A DNA stretch of 59,195 bases, filler included, from Jimgerdemannia flammicorona (lineage: Eukaryota), in the NCBI GenBank assembly GCA_003990765.1. It is 3 parts of 3 records of this genome, joined end to end, with 100 filler letters (N's around TTAATTAATTAA, not from the genome) between each part and the next. Parts side by side here need not be neighbours in the genome. Positions count along the whole stretch, not along the records: positions 19,767 to 39,432 come from RBNJ01001880.1; positions 39,533 to 59,195 come from RBNJ01001881.1; 1 more part is not named here. One strand, 5' to 3'. Below are positions 35,640-49,309 of this stretch, piece by piece. Numbering within the stretch: position 1 is the first letter of the stretch; every line of letters starts with the position of its first letter. Made by a program: the position numbers and the translations under genes. The notes beneath the pieces were generated by a model that was not told the origin of the DNA, ran no database searches, and saw only the letters and a list, made by a program, of their open reading frames with translations.

Positions 35640-38220
35640 ATAGAATGATATTTTTAATCTATCTCTTACTAAGTATATAATTGATCTGTCTCTATTATTA
35701 ATTGTAATATTCAAAAGTTGACTAAATATATATTATAAAATACTGGGCTTAAATTTTAAAATTTGTTTAGATTGCTTAAAGATTTAATTTTAAAAATATA
35801 GTTTTTATATTTTCTTAAATAAAATTTACCTAGAATATATTTTGAAGCTATAATTAATAGTTTTCAGATTTTGAAACTAGGTTAAAATTTTAAAAAGAAA
35901 TTAACTGATTTTATATATTTTTAATATCTTATTTAAGAATTTTTTTTATTTATTTTTATATTTTTTATTATAAAAATAAATATAAAATAAAAATATCTCT
36001 CAAAAAAAAAAAATGTATACTTAAAAACTTTAAAAAGATGATATATTTTAATATATTATTTTTTTTTTAAAGAAAATAATAATAATAATAATATAAATAT
36101 AAATAGAAATTATAAAAATAAAAATAATAAAGAATCAAATAATAATAAAGAAAAACTATATAATAAATTATTATATATATATATATCACTAGAAATTTCT
36201 AATAGAAATTTCTATAGAAATTGTAATGAAATTTTCAACTAATAGTTATAAATACTAAATATAGTATATATAACTATATATGATAGATCCAGTGTACTAT
36301 ATTTAGTTATAGCTTTGAATCTGTATAAATATCCTCAATACTGAGTATATTATAATCTTAGCTCTACTTTTTCTGAATAGAAGAATAATGTAGTATTCCA
36401 TCATAAAACTCTCAGATCTGACTTATTAATAATCTCAAGTCTGATATCAGCATAGTACCTCTGTTATCAATATAAAAACCTGAAAGCAATACTTAAATTA
36501 TACTGTTACAATAGATAATTGAAACTCAGTACTTTTAATAAGAACTCAGAACTAGGACTGATAGTTAATATTGATTATCTATAATATATTAATTCTATCA
36601 GTATATAGATTTATTATAATTTAGTAATAGTAGAAGTCAGTCTCACCCATGAGTAAGCTTCTCATAAAGATCCTATTACAAATATAGACAACTAAGTCAA
36701 TATCACCAATATTATTAGTAATAATTAAAGAATATCTTCACACTGGCTACTCCTTAGAACTAAGCTAAAGAAGCCAATAGAATTATCACTAAGTAGACTG
36801 AGACCCATATCAGTCAAGAGGAATTCAATAGACTCAATAATAAATCTATTTAAGAAGTATTCAATATATTTATCATACTTAACAAAAAGTTATACATATT
36901 TAAAAAAAAAAAAAAATTCAAAATAATAATTAGTAGCTACTTTTATAAGAAATATATAAGAGAATCTATTAAGCTATAAGTAGATATTTCTTAAATCTCC
37001 TTTCAAACAATTACTACTACAAAGCTAAGATCTTCTTGAACTATAAGAGATATTATACCAACTAAAGGAAATCTTATCTCTATTACTGAGTCCTCTATAT
37101 ACAAGTAAAGATAATCCAATAGTAAGGATTGCAAACTACCAGACCTAGCAAAGTCTCTTCTATATAATCACAACCTAGAAGAATAGTCAAAAAAATATCT
37201 AAACCTGATATCAGTAGTACCAGTATTACTATAGACTCACTACTAAGAATATCAAGTCTACTAAAAATTACTGCAGAAGATCTAGTAATAACTTCATCAA
37301 AACCACTAATCTATATATAGAATGATCACTAAGTTTACCTATCTTAATAATATTATAGAAGAAATAACTATATATTATACCACTTCTGAATAATAGTATT
37401 GAAAGAAAGACTATCACTATCTCACTATATAAGTAATAGAATAATATCAGTAGATAAAAAAATATAGCTCTGACTGATCAAGTGACCATACTTTCCTAAG
37501 CTCTTTACTTTAGTATCAAAATAAATAAACCAATAAAGGATCTCTGACTCATACCATTTTAAAGCAAAGTAGACCAAGTAATAATATTTATTGGACAAGT
37601 TGATACCAATTATTATACTAATGAATAGAATGATAATTAGAATTCAGACAGTACTCTCCAAAATAATAAATTTTATAAGATTGAAGATCTCTATATAACT
37701 GTAGGCTCACAAGTAGAGAAAGTTATCACTCATTTCACAGGTATAGCTACTCAGTAGTGGTATAATTTTCCAGTATACTTTCTCATAGAGAAACTTATAC
37801 TGAAATCATTATATGTGAAGGAGATAATGATCACTCTAACTATAAAGCCTATACAGCTATCATAGATTTAAAAGAGCTGATCATCCAATAGTTCTACAGC
37901 TCTGTCCATATTGCTAAAGTCAGAACCAAGCTCAGAACCTTCAATTCTACAATAACAAAAAAGAAGACTTGAAAGTATTTACAACAAGATCAGAAACTCT
38001 CCTGAATACTATAAAAGCAGAATATTATCAATAAGAACAAACTGTGAATAGAATCAGAGCAGTATACTTCTTTGACACTATTCCAGGATTACTGTAATAA
38101 ATTGTTACATATCTATAAGCTACTTGAATTTCTGACAGAAATTTCAATAGAAATTCTTATAGAAATTCCTATAGAATTTTCAACCAGTAATTATAGATAC
38201 TGAATATAGTATAACTATAT
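35640..38220. other. Very AT-rich, CpG-depleted relic DNA with a ~90-bp direct repeat (36190-36280, 38137-38220)
   Basis: Base composition, absence of ORFs and the repeated AGAAATTTC…TATAACTATAT block. Origin not identifiable. Confidence 0.6.
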
Positions 38221-38920
38221 TGTAATGTACTGACAAATTACAGAGTTAGGGGTTAATATAGTTTAGCTTGAGCTCTCAGTTACTTTGTTAAAAAGTAACA
38301 AAATGTTCTAAGATTTCTCATTAATATCTAGTAGTATAATAGTCAAATATAGATACAGTGATCAATTTCTAGGTCAATTTTCTTATTGGGATAGTTCTTG
38401 GGTATAGTGGTAATTTGTATAATAGTCTCAATAAATAAGTTTCCTTATATAATTTCTGCAAAATGATCTCTATATAGCATAAGTAAATTTTTTACCAGAA
38501 TTTAAAATTTATATTTCTAACAGAAATAGCTAAAAATATCAGAAATGGCAAGCTATAGTTAGCTATATAGTAACTAGATAGCAATCTACTTATATAAAAT
38601 ATCCCAGAGATAAGATAAGTAAACCTCAGTCTGAAAAGTCAAAGAAAAGCAGAGAGCTTCCTTTTCCACTCTAGTTCACTTTCTGATATAAGGTCTGTGA
38701 AATCTGCCAAAGTTTGAGTGAAGAGCATTACTATTATTTGAAGAGAAATCTGCTGCTTAAAGAGAAGTCTATAAAGTCAGTCTAGTTTAAAATACAACTT
38801 TATAGTGAACTTATATTTATATAAATGAAGCTAGTCTTTAATATAACTTTGCTCAAGAATTTACACCATCTGAGTTATTTTAAAGAAGTCTGTTTTACAA
38901 AGCTAGTCTAGAATAAGATA
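38221..38920 (+). repeat. Possible heavily decayed LTR
   Basis: Begins TGTAAT. CTTATATAAAATATCCCAG…TAAACCTCAG at about 38588-38629 resembles the LTR A/C promoter block. Confidence 0.45.
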
Positions 38921-38924
38921 TATC

Positions 38925-39388
38925 TTTTTTTTTTTTTTTTTTTTTTTTTTAATCTTTGTTTTTTTTTTTTTTTTTTTTTTTACAGACTCAGTGTCCTGCA
39001 GATTTTTATTGGAAGGAAACCTAGACTATATAGGCCAAAACCCTCTCTCACTACCCACCAAGCACTGTCCCCCCATTAAATCTAGGCTAGTTATTGTCCA
39101 GCAGCTTGACCTCATTCTGTACACTATGTTCTCTCTATCATTAGAGAGAACTCAGCCATATGCCAATGACAGAAAGTGTATGCCCAAAATCCCAAAATAT
39201 GTATAAGGCCATGCCCAAGCCAAATAGAATAGCCCCTGCTACTCCAAGTAGAAATGACAAACAAAGAAAAAATTCTCCTCAAGGTACAGAATGGTGGACA
39301 GGACCTGGTTCTCCCAAGTGAGGTGAGTAGAGGACTTACACATGAGGCAGGAGGAGACTCCCAATACCCCACTACTCAAACCTGCAGG

Positions 39389-39392
<4 letters not shown>
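38925..39392 (-). mobile_element. 3' end with poly(A) tail of the same retroposon family as 5128-6319
   Basis: Reverse complement matches about 5860-6300; T runs at 38925-38981. Confidence 0.88.
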
Positions 39393-39432
<40 letters not shown>

Positions 39433-39532
39433 NNNNNNNNNNNNNNNNNNNNNNNNNNNNNNNNNNNNNNNNNNNNTTAATTAATTAANNNNNNNNNNNN
39501 NNNNNNNNNNNNNNNNNNNNNNNNNNNNNNNN
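39433..39532. other. Artificial contig linker
   Basis: 44 N + TTAATTAATTAA + 44 N. Confidence 0.97.
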
Positions 39533-40163
39533 CCGATCCCAACTGCCTGCCAGCCACCCGGCCAAAGATCCCGGCCAAGCCCCTGCTGACACTCCACTCC
39601 CTCCCCAATATCGAATGCAGCCAAGGGAGTACCCCCCAGGAGCAGTCTATCCCAATGCCACATATTAGGCCCCCACGCTGCCTCCCCCTCATTGCCTCGC
39701 CAGCGCAGGCCAATACGGTGTGCCCCCTCAGCCACTCCTCACCAAAACCCCTTAAACCGCAGCCTCCGAACTCCATTCAGCCCCACCAAAGAGAGCAGAT
39801 CCCCGGAGGACCCTCGAGGGGACGTATGCATCTCCCATACTTTCTGCAGCAGAGGTACCCAACCGCTGCCTCGCAATTCCACAGCTCTCTTCAACCACCA
39901 GGCTCTCAAGCAGTGCAGCCTCTTAGGGAAATCCACCAGGCCAAGTCCTCCCCTGACTACCGGTCTCGCAAGAGTATCCCAACTGACTTGGGACCTCCTC
40001 CCCGCCCAAATCCAATTCCTAGCCACCTTTATGAGCCTCTTCACCACCCATGCCGGGAAGTCCAGATGATATGCCACATACCACAGCTTAGGGAACCAAT
40101 ATACATTCAGGATCGACACCCGTCCTGCCAAAGAGATGTGGCGGCCTCCCCAACCTCGAAGGG
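39533..40163 (-). mobile_element. 5'-truncated LINE family 1 ORF2 fragment inserted in element D
   Basis: LAGRVSILNVYWFPKLWYV…GGLGLVDF, matching 57950-58570. Confidence 0.87.
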
Positions 40164-43100
40164 ATAGTACATGAGGTTGTCTTTGATAGTGTACTTTTCC
40201 TTAAATTTCTTGGTGTTCCTTTATAGAACCAGAGAGTCTTGTTCGTATGCCATCTTGATCTGGTTGAGGAATTCAGGTGCCATGGTGACTTGTAAAATTG
40301 CAGTAAGGTCAGGTCTCCTTAAAAGTATATCTGGTACAACTAGCATTTTGCCAGACTTATAGATGATGTTTGGGGTAAAGGTCTGAAGTAGTTGACTCCA
40401 CTTGGCTTGTTGGCAAGAAAGGGTTGGTTGAGTGTTGATATACTGAAGGGACCTGTGATCAGTGATCATGTTGAACTCAACTCCTTTTAGATAGTATTAC
40501 CAGATCTTGAGGGCATGCATGATTGCCAGGAGTTCCTTTTCATGAGTAGCCAGCTTTTGTTCAGCTGGGAACAATATTCTTGACTTAAAGGCAATAGGTT
40601 GGTGTCCTTGACCATCATCTTGAGAAATGACTGCACCGATGGCAAAGTTAGATGCATCTGTAGTGACTGTGAACTTCAAGTTTGGGTCCATGTTTCTAAG
40701 GACAGGTGCATGGGTCAGGTAGTTCTTGAGTTCTTGAAAAGCTTGTTGACAGAAGGTATCCCAGATGTAGGGGACATAGAGGTCAGAGTTGGATTCCTTT
40801 CACAGAAGATTTATCAAAGATTCTACAATATCAGAGAAGTTCTTGACAAATTGATGGTAGTATCCAGCCAGACCAAGGAAGGACCTGAGTTCAGTGAGGT
40901 TTACTAGTATGGGCCACTGTTCAATGGCTTGTATTTTTCTTGGGTCTACTTGAATTCCTTTGGCTGATACAATGTATCCAAGATATTTAACTTGATCCTT
41001 GAAAAATTCACATTTCTTGAGCTTTGCATAGAGCTTGTTCTCATGGAGAATCTTGAGGACTTGTTCAATATGCTTGAGGTGTTCTTCTTCAGTACTACTG
41101 AAGATCAGGATGTCATTAATGTACACAAGTACAAAGATATAGAGCTGATCCTTGAAGACAGTTTGCATAAGGTCTTGAAAGATTGCTGGTGCATTGGTGA
41201 GACCAAAGGCCATAACTAGAAACTCATAGAGTCCAAAAGGTGTCATGAAGGCAGTCTTGGGTATGTCTTCTGGCTTGATTCGAATTTGGTGATACCCAGA
41301 GGTGAGATCAATCTTGGTGAAGTACTTTGCATTCTTGAAAGCATCAAAGATTTGATCTATGAGCAGTAGTGGATAATGGTTCTTGACTGTGATCTTGTTG
41401 AGTGCTCGGTAGTCTATGCATATTCACAGAGTATCATCCTTTTTCTTGAAAAATAGGACTGGGGAGCCAAAGGGTGACTTGCTTGGCTGAATGGCTCCTC
41501 ACTCGATGAGTTCATTGAGTTCCTTCTTGACTGCTTCAATTTCGAGTAGAGACATGTAGTACATTTTCTTCTTAGGTATGACTGCATCAGGTACCAACTT
41601 GATTTCATGATCATGGTCACTTGAAGGTGGTAGACCAGGTAGTTTGGCTGGGAAGACATCCTTATATTTGTTCAGCAGTAACTTGATGCTTTCACTAATT
41701 GATAGCTTCTTGTCTTCTTTCTTTGGTCAGATCAGTACCACAAAGGCATAGGTAGCTTTCTTGAGGGCCTTCTTAAACTAAATTGCTGAAAGGGTAGCAA
41801 TTGGGGTTCTTGTCTGAGTCTTGTCTGGCTTGATAGTAATGTTGGCTCCATCCTGAATCAAGGTGACTTCATTCTTGGTCCAATCAATCTGAGGATTGTG
41901 CCATATAAGCCAGAGTTTGCCTAGGATCAGATTATGGTCTCCTAGTGGTGCTATCTCAAAATCTAAATGTTCTCAGTACTTCTGGATCTTGAGGGGAAGT
42001 TTAGCAGCAATTGAGTCAATTGGTAAGGTGGTACCATCTGCAGTGACAACTTCACCATTCTTGCCAGCTGGTTTGGTGAGAATCTTGAGCTTGTCGATAA
42101 GGTTCTTGTTGATGAAGTTCCCAACAGCTCCACTGTCTATGAGAATATCTAGTTCTTGTCCCTTGACTAGACCTTTGAAAATGAGTATTGAATTGGCTTG
42201 GTTCTCAGCTATGCTTGCAACTTTGTTAGTACTGCCAAAGCCTTTCTGATCTTGCTTGGTTGAAGACAGCTTGGTGACTTCTTTGATGACTGGTAGGGTG
42301 GCTCACTCCAGAATAAGCTGTGCAATTCTGTCTCCTTCATTGATAGTATATGGTTGGTTCTTGTGGTTGACTAGCAGGACTTGCATTTCACTTTGGAAGT
42401 CAGGGTCAATGACTCCAGCACTAACATCCAATGAGTGCTTGAAGCTGAGGCCAGATCTTGGTGCATTTCTTGTATAATATTCCTTGGGGATTTCGACTGA
42501 AAGACCAGTTGGAATGAGCCTTCTTTCATGTGCAGGGATAGTGACTTGTTGTACTGCTTAAAGGTCTAAACCAATGGCTCCTTCTGACTGTGCTTGAGGG
42601 ATCTGAGCCTTGGGGTTGACTTGCATGAAATTGAGTACAACTTCTTATTCAACTGGTTGACCTTGAGTGTCTTTGGACAGAACCATGATCCTCTTTGGTT
42701 TGGCAGTTTTCTTGGGACATTTGGTTGCAATGTGACCAGGCTGATGGCAAAAGAAGCAGGCTCCAGCCTTCTTGAGGTACTCCTTTTCCTCAGGTGTAAG
42801 CTTGCCTTTCTTGTTCTTGTCGATGGTGTCTAGGTCCATGGGGGCAGGTCCAACAGTTCTGACTTTGAGTTCCTCTCTTCTGTGGTTGTTGTTGTTGTTG
42901 AAAGGCAGTCTCTTCTGTTCAAAGCAGTGACCATAGGTGATGACATCAAACCTATCAGCAATTTTCATTGCTGTATCTAGGTTCTTGGGTTCTTCTAGTT
43001 CAACATGAACTCGGGTTTCATCTTTCAGGCCTCAGATGTACTTGTCAACCTTCTCGTCTTCAGTGACATGTGGTAATTCTAGCAGGATTGACAGGAATTG

Positions 43101-44128
43101 TGCATTGTATGCTTATACAGACTTGAGTTATTTGACATTTGCCAGATGGTCTTGCATGGCCTTGGTGCTGTTGACTGGTTTGAATTGGCCTTGGATAGCA
43201 TCAGAGAATTCGCCCCAAGTCTTGATTCAGCCAGAGAATCTGGTATTCTGGACATGATTTTGCCACCAAATTGCAGCATTCCCTCAGAGGAGTATGGTGG
43301 CAAATTGGACTAGTGTGGCTTCTTCCAAATTGGTCAGTTCTTTATATTGCTCTAATTGGAAAAGCCAGGCATTGGTAGACAGTCCTCCTCTTTGACTATC
43401 AAAGGTGTCAGACTTCTGAGGCTTAATAGTGACTGCTGTTGGATATATTGATGTTGGTGGAGGTGCAGAGGTATGAGCAGGGGCCTTGCTTTCCTTTCTT
43501 TCTATGCATTCTTGAAGTTGAGAAATCTGAGCTAATGTAGTTTACAAAAGACTGTAGGGTTTTGCTGTTCCTCTTCTTCTTGCTGATTGTACTGATTATA
43601 TGAGGCATTGCCTGGACCATAGGTACTATATGAAGGATTCCACCCATTGTCCTCCATAGTATTATGACTGATATCTTGAAAGGTGTCTTGTTAAGGCTAG
43701 GTGTAACCATCTGCTGCTACCAAGTATAACAGTTCTAGTTTCTAAATGAGGAAGTGACTAATTCTAGTGGTCCTAAGTAGCTTGAAGAGATACTTAAGGA
43801 TTCAAGTATTCTTGAAAGATTTCTGAGAGAAGATATTTCTAAACTTTATTTATGAGAACAAAGGGGGTATTTATACAAGATCTGAAAGAAGGATCCAGAA
43901 GGATCTGAGAAATCGAAGGAAAATGCCAAGAGGAAAGTTCTTGGCAAAGGTGATACATAATGACAAATAAAGTTCTACAAGTTTCTAGGATATTCAGTGA
44001 CTAACTAAGTAAGTACTAGTTAATGCTTAGCACCAAGAAAGGATTTCTAAGCATTCAGAAAGTACCAGAAGATTGTAGAATATTGAAGAAAGACAAAGAA
44101 AAGGAATAAATTATGCTAAAATGTTGCA
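40164..44128 (-). mobile_element. Ty3/Gypsy element D, 5' part: LTR (43725-44128), PBS, gag, dUTPase, protease, RT, RNase H
   Basis: LTR termini TGCAACA…TGTTATA, PBS at 43711-43722, PMDLD and CFFCHQPGHIATKC, ILIDSGA, FGLTNAPAIFQ, YIND, VTTDASNFAIGAV. Confidence 0.92.
42228..42630 (-). pseudogene. dut: dUTPase domain between gag and protease (element D)
   Basis: Hand translation gives AIGLDL, APRSGLS, AGVIDPDF, GDRIAQLI and KGFGST. Confidence 0.92.
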
Positions 44129-46566
44129 CCATTGCCTCAATTAAAGAGTACTCCTTTAAACTATGGCCACCAATACACAGGTCTCCCAATTACCACAATC
44201 TCTGCTCAGGGTTCTCACCCACCTCTATCTCTGGGCCTGCCAACCCCATGACCAGCCAGGCTTCCACAATGCCCCACCAGAACCCCTTAAACTGCAGCCT
44301 ACCTATACTTCCAACCTGAAGCAAGCCTTGCATATCCTTCCAGATCTCACTATAGGGGCAGAACTGGACCTCCCAATTGTCCATGGCCAGCCTGCCCCAA
44401 TCTTCCTCACCAAGTTCTATCATTTGGTGCCCCCACCAACCCCGAAGAACCTTCAGCCAGCATCTGAAATCCACCAGCCCCAGGCCTCTATCAGAAGACC
44501 TCATCACCAAAGTCTCCCATCCAATCTGCGGATGTCTTCCACGCCATATCCACTCTTCTACAATCTTCTTCAGCCACTGCACTACCCACCCTGGAAAATC
44601 CAGGTGATAACTCAGATATCATAGTTTGGGTAACCAATACACATTCAAGACCACTATCCTGCCAACTAAGGAGAAGCTCCTCCCTGACCAACCCATCAAT
44701 GCACCTTACAGCTTCTGAATCAATCCACACCACCACTCCCTTGGCAGAACTGTCCCATACACTAAGAACCAGATTCCCAAATACTGAACAGCACTCTCTG
44801 TGACTACCAATTGGCTGAATTGTCCCTGTCCCCCCAGGCCAGCACCAAGTTTCATTGTCTCACACTTGCCCCAATTCAACTTTGCCCCTGTTAGTCTCTC
44901 GTACTGTTCAACCCCTTCTTGTAAGACTACTACATCCTCCTGACTATCCAACCCTACCACCATGTCATCCACAAAGGTGCCCAGCTGCCAGACCACATCT
45001 CCCATCTGTAGTCCAGAGAGTCACTCCTTCAGCCACACCAGCAAAGGCTCTAGAGAAAGTACATAAAGAAGAGGGGAGAGAGGATCCCCCTGTGGCACCC
45101 CTCACCCCAAGGCAAACTCTGGTCCACACCATCCATTCATCAAAACCACTGCTCAGCATCCCCATACTAAGCCCATCAGTCACCCTACCTCTACTACATT
45201 GAACCCTGTCTTCCTCTGAACAGCCTCCAGGTAGCTCTACTACACTCTGTCATAGGCCTTCTCTTGATCCAGAAAGACCATCTGACCATCCACCTGCCAG
45301 CTCCTACAGCTTTCCAAGACATTCTGCACTCAAGCAGTACTATCTTGGATCTGCCTCCCCTTGATAAAGTCTTGCTGCTCTTCACCAACTAGCATACCAA
45401 CATACTGCTGCATCCTCCCTGCTAGAATCTTTGAAACCAACTTTCTATCCACATTCAGCAGCATGATAGGTTGCCAATTATACCACACTCATTGGTCTCC
45501 CTTCTCCTTATATAGAAGAGAAACTAACCACAAGGAACCATTGTCAATCCAGCTACCCTCCTTCAGAACAGCATTGGCCATCTCCACCAATCAGTCACCA
45601 AACTCAGTCTTGAACTCCTTCCAGAATTCCCAGAGCAACCCATCCTCCCCAGGAGACAAACCAGTCTGTGTCTTCCTCAGTACTTCCAATACTTCATCTA
45701 GAGACACCTCCCCCATAATCGCCCTCTACCTCAGATATCGCTGTCACTGACCAATTGGTCACCATATTGTCATTATCCTCTCCATGCCCAGTAACTTCAG
45801 CATACTCACCTCTATCCTGCCAAAGAGCCTGCCATTGACCAGATACCTCTCCTAACATGTCAGCAATTCCAGAGACCTCTACTCCATCTTCATGCAATAC
45901 TGAGGCCCAACTATGATGTACTCTCCTGGCCTTCAAAACACTAGACAGATATCTTGTCAGCCTCTCTCCTTCTTTCAACCTTCTAGCTTGTAGTCTGGCC
46001 AGTAGGCCATCTACCACTCTGGTCTCAGACATCCTTAAATCTGCCTGCAGCTCTGCTACCTCTACCACCAACCAGTAGTGCACCTCTTCGGACAAGTACT
46101 CCTTTTCCAAAATCTTCAATCGCCATCTCAGCCCCTTCTCTACTCTCCTTTCCTTATCCTTCTATTCCTTCCCAGCCACTTCCTCAACTTCATGCCAGTA
46201 AGCACCAGTCAAATGTTTGAATTTACCCCACCATTCTGCTATCAGCTGTCCTTCATTCTGCTATCACAAAACTTCCTGTTGCATAACTGTCACAAAATTG
46301 TCCCTCTCCTTCTTCCTCTTGAGTAAGGCTATATTGAGGTGCCAGCACCCTCCACCACTGCTTGCTGCTTGGAATCTACCACAAACCTCTACTCCCCAGT
46401 GATCAGACCAAGGGCACCAGTGTACCCCAGCAGTATCCAGTACATTGCCCCAGCACTCTACCACTAGCACCCAATCAATTCATATCTCAACCAATGCTGT
46501 TCCACCAGGAGAAAGGTCTCAACTTATCCCCCTGTCATTGATGAACACTATCCACCAAACCCATGT

Positions 46567-46611
<45 letters not shown>

Positions 46612-46706
46612 CAAACAATTCATATCTAAACCAATGCTGTTCAACAAAAAGAAAGAAATAAACTTATCCCCCTGTCATTAATGAACACTATAAACCAAAC
46701 ACAAAT

Positions 46707-46759
<53 letters not shown>

Positions 46760-49309
46760 AAACCCATGTCACTCTCCACCTGCAGCCATTGAGAAAGTCC
46801 AGAAGATACCATGCCTTCTGCTCCACCATCAGACCTATCTAGTGTACAATCATGTACTATACCCCCAAATGTCCAAAGTAACTACCTCCTGACTGTCCCA
46901 TGTCTGCCATCTCTCAACCCATTGCTTTCACTCTCAGCCAACTGCAGAGAGATAAACTGAGCCAATCATCAGGTCATCATCTGTCCCACCTTTTAGTCTT
47001 CCCCAGATCAGTCTGTCACCATAAATCTCTACCTCCACCAGCTTGCCTTTGCCTACACCAACCAAGATGCCCACCTGCTTATTCCAACCTGCTCCATCAT
47101 ACTATTCTTTACTCCACATCTCATAGTCCAACTTGCCATAAGCTCGAACATCCTGAAGAAACACAACATCATACCTCCTGACATTAAGCCATCTGAAAAG
47201 CCACCATCTTTTAACACTATCCTGCAATCCATTGACATTGATCGACAAAATATATAATTGTTCATCATTATGAAGAAAATTGTTTAAAGCTCAGCTGGGA
47301 CTGCCACCACCTTCTCAGTCCTTTCTCTAACAATCTCTTGCTGGTTCTCACAAATTGCCCTCCAGATTCACTCACCATTGGCACTGCTACAGAAAAGATC
47401 CACTCTCTCTGTTGCCACCTTCCTGATGTCAGCTATCCTGCTCTTGTCAATATCATATCCTTCATCATCCAGAAGGGTAGCAACCATTGCCATCACCAGC
47501 TTAGGTCACTGTATCACTACATTGAGGAATTCTTCCCATGCCTCCTGAGATCTATGAAACACATCCACTTCCTTGATGTCTTCCTCTGCCAACTCCTCAA
47601 GTACTGCCTGATACCAGCTCTCCACCATCATTACCAGGGGTTCAGGAGTCGATAGCCTGGGGGTTCTGCTCAGTTCTTGTAGTTGCTCTCTGTCTGCTGA
47701 TACATCAGAAGCCACATCCACCAGCTCATCCTCCTCTGCAACTTTCTCCAAATGAATAACCTCACTGGCTTCTGGGCACTCTCAATGGACATTTGCTGCC
47801 CCAGCCATATGGGTATCCTCCACCTGAGTCTCTGGCACAACTTCATTATTGACCTCAAAGCCTCCTCTATCAACCTCCTCCTTATCCACCCACTTTCCTC
47901 TCACCAGCACATGTGCTGAGTTCTCTACACCCCCCAGCTTGGAAAAGGACACCTCTGCCACCTCCACTCCTTCCATCTGATTCTTGGCTGCCTCTACTCT
48001 TGCCTCCTCTTCCACAGCTGCCCCTTGAAGGGCTGCCTGCAGATGCTCCTAGTTCCCTTTCCTCCACCTCTTCCTCTTGCCATCAGCCTCAATCCAGACC
48101 CAATCCTTGACATACTCCTCCCACTTCCTCTTTCGCAGCTCCTTGGCAGCCTCTCTCTCCTCCAGAGCAATTGCCAACTCTTCCTCCTCCTGTTCTGTTC
48201 CCTTCCTTCTCTATACCTTATACTCTTGCCCCCCAATTCTAATTCCTTCAGACCAATCATGGCCCAGTCTAGTAGCCTCCTTGTCTTCCAGTTGCAGCAT
48301 TACCTTGCAGTTGCTATTCCTCAATTTGGTGCCCTCCCAGAACATAAACCCGAAATCCACTATCTCACCATATCCTCCCAGTGCCTCTACCACCATCTCC
48401 TTGGTCTCCTGTCTGCCCAGGATTGGCAATTCTTCCACCACCAGCTGAACAGCACATGGATCCCACCTCAGACACCTTGCCATCCAAATCTGGATGCCCT
48501 TGACCATCATCCCTTTCTCCTCCACAAATCCAATCTCCATAGCCTCTGCTGAAGGGATGAATTTCAGAGACTTTGCCCCAGCCACTTCCTCCACCACCAG
48601 CCTCAGAACCTCCCTCACTGACATTGCCAATCCCAGGAAGTTCGCTGAGACAGCCTATGTCAATATCGATTTGTGGAAGAAAGGCCTCACCACCAACTCA
48701 CCTGTCCCTGCCACTAGAGTCACCTTTCCCTTGATCCCTAAAACACCTGCAGTTGTTGCACCAGGTACAGCTACACCACCAGCAGTCCTCTCTCCAGCCA
48801 CCTGCCCAGCTACAGAAGAACCAGTCCCCAGTATCACACCACCAAACCCCTGTCCCCTGCCAGCCACCTGACCTGTCATCTGACTCATTACCTGACCCTT
48901 CCCTCTGTCAACACTATGCCCCCCCTGTCCAACCCCCATAGGCCTAACTATAGCCCTCCTATTCCTAACCACCATATGCCAGGCCTCAATCCCACCAGTC
49001 CTCCTCTGTCTACCAGCCCTTCCTGCAGCCACACCAGCCCCAGCAGCAGTTGCAAAGCTCTTGGAAATACCCTGACCAGGCCCCCCTCCTCACCAGACAC
49101 TCAGAGCTAGAGGAATCTTGACTAGCCATATTGCCAAAACTTGACTGTTTTCCTTGAGACTTGTTATGCCTTGTAGGTAGACTCCCGCCACACAATGTAC
49201 ATTAGTATGTTTGAAATAAAAACTTGAAAACATGTTGTCTTTCGCTGAAAGATATCTGTGTGGCTTAGCTCGCTCTGAGTGGTTTGAGCAAAAGAAGTCC
49301 CACTTCCCT
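44129..49309 (-). mobile_element. L1-like LINE family 2 (ORF1 from ATG 49129; ORF2 APE-RT from about 47265), interrupted by element D
   Basis: SINVNGL, WSDH, QGDP-like and FVDD motifs; ORF1 similar to that of 49310-50749. Confidence 0.87.

Noticed and set aside
36280..38130. Possible decayed transposase or helicase gene
   Set aside because: Too eroded to identify any motif by eye; would need a translated search tolerant of C>T/G>A changes.
46470..46770. Tandem ~100-bp duplication bracketed by poly(A) runs
   Set aside because: The differences in the second copy are almost all changes to A, typical of read errors next to a homopolymer. A simple poly(A) insertion with TSD CCAAACCCATGTC may be real, but the duplication is probably an assembly artefact.
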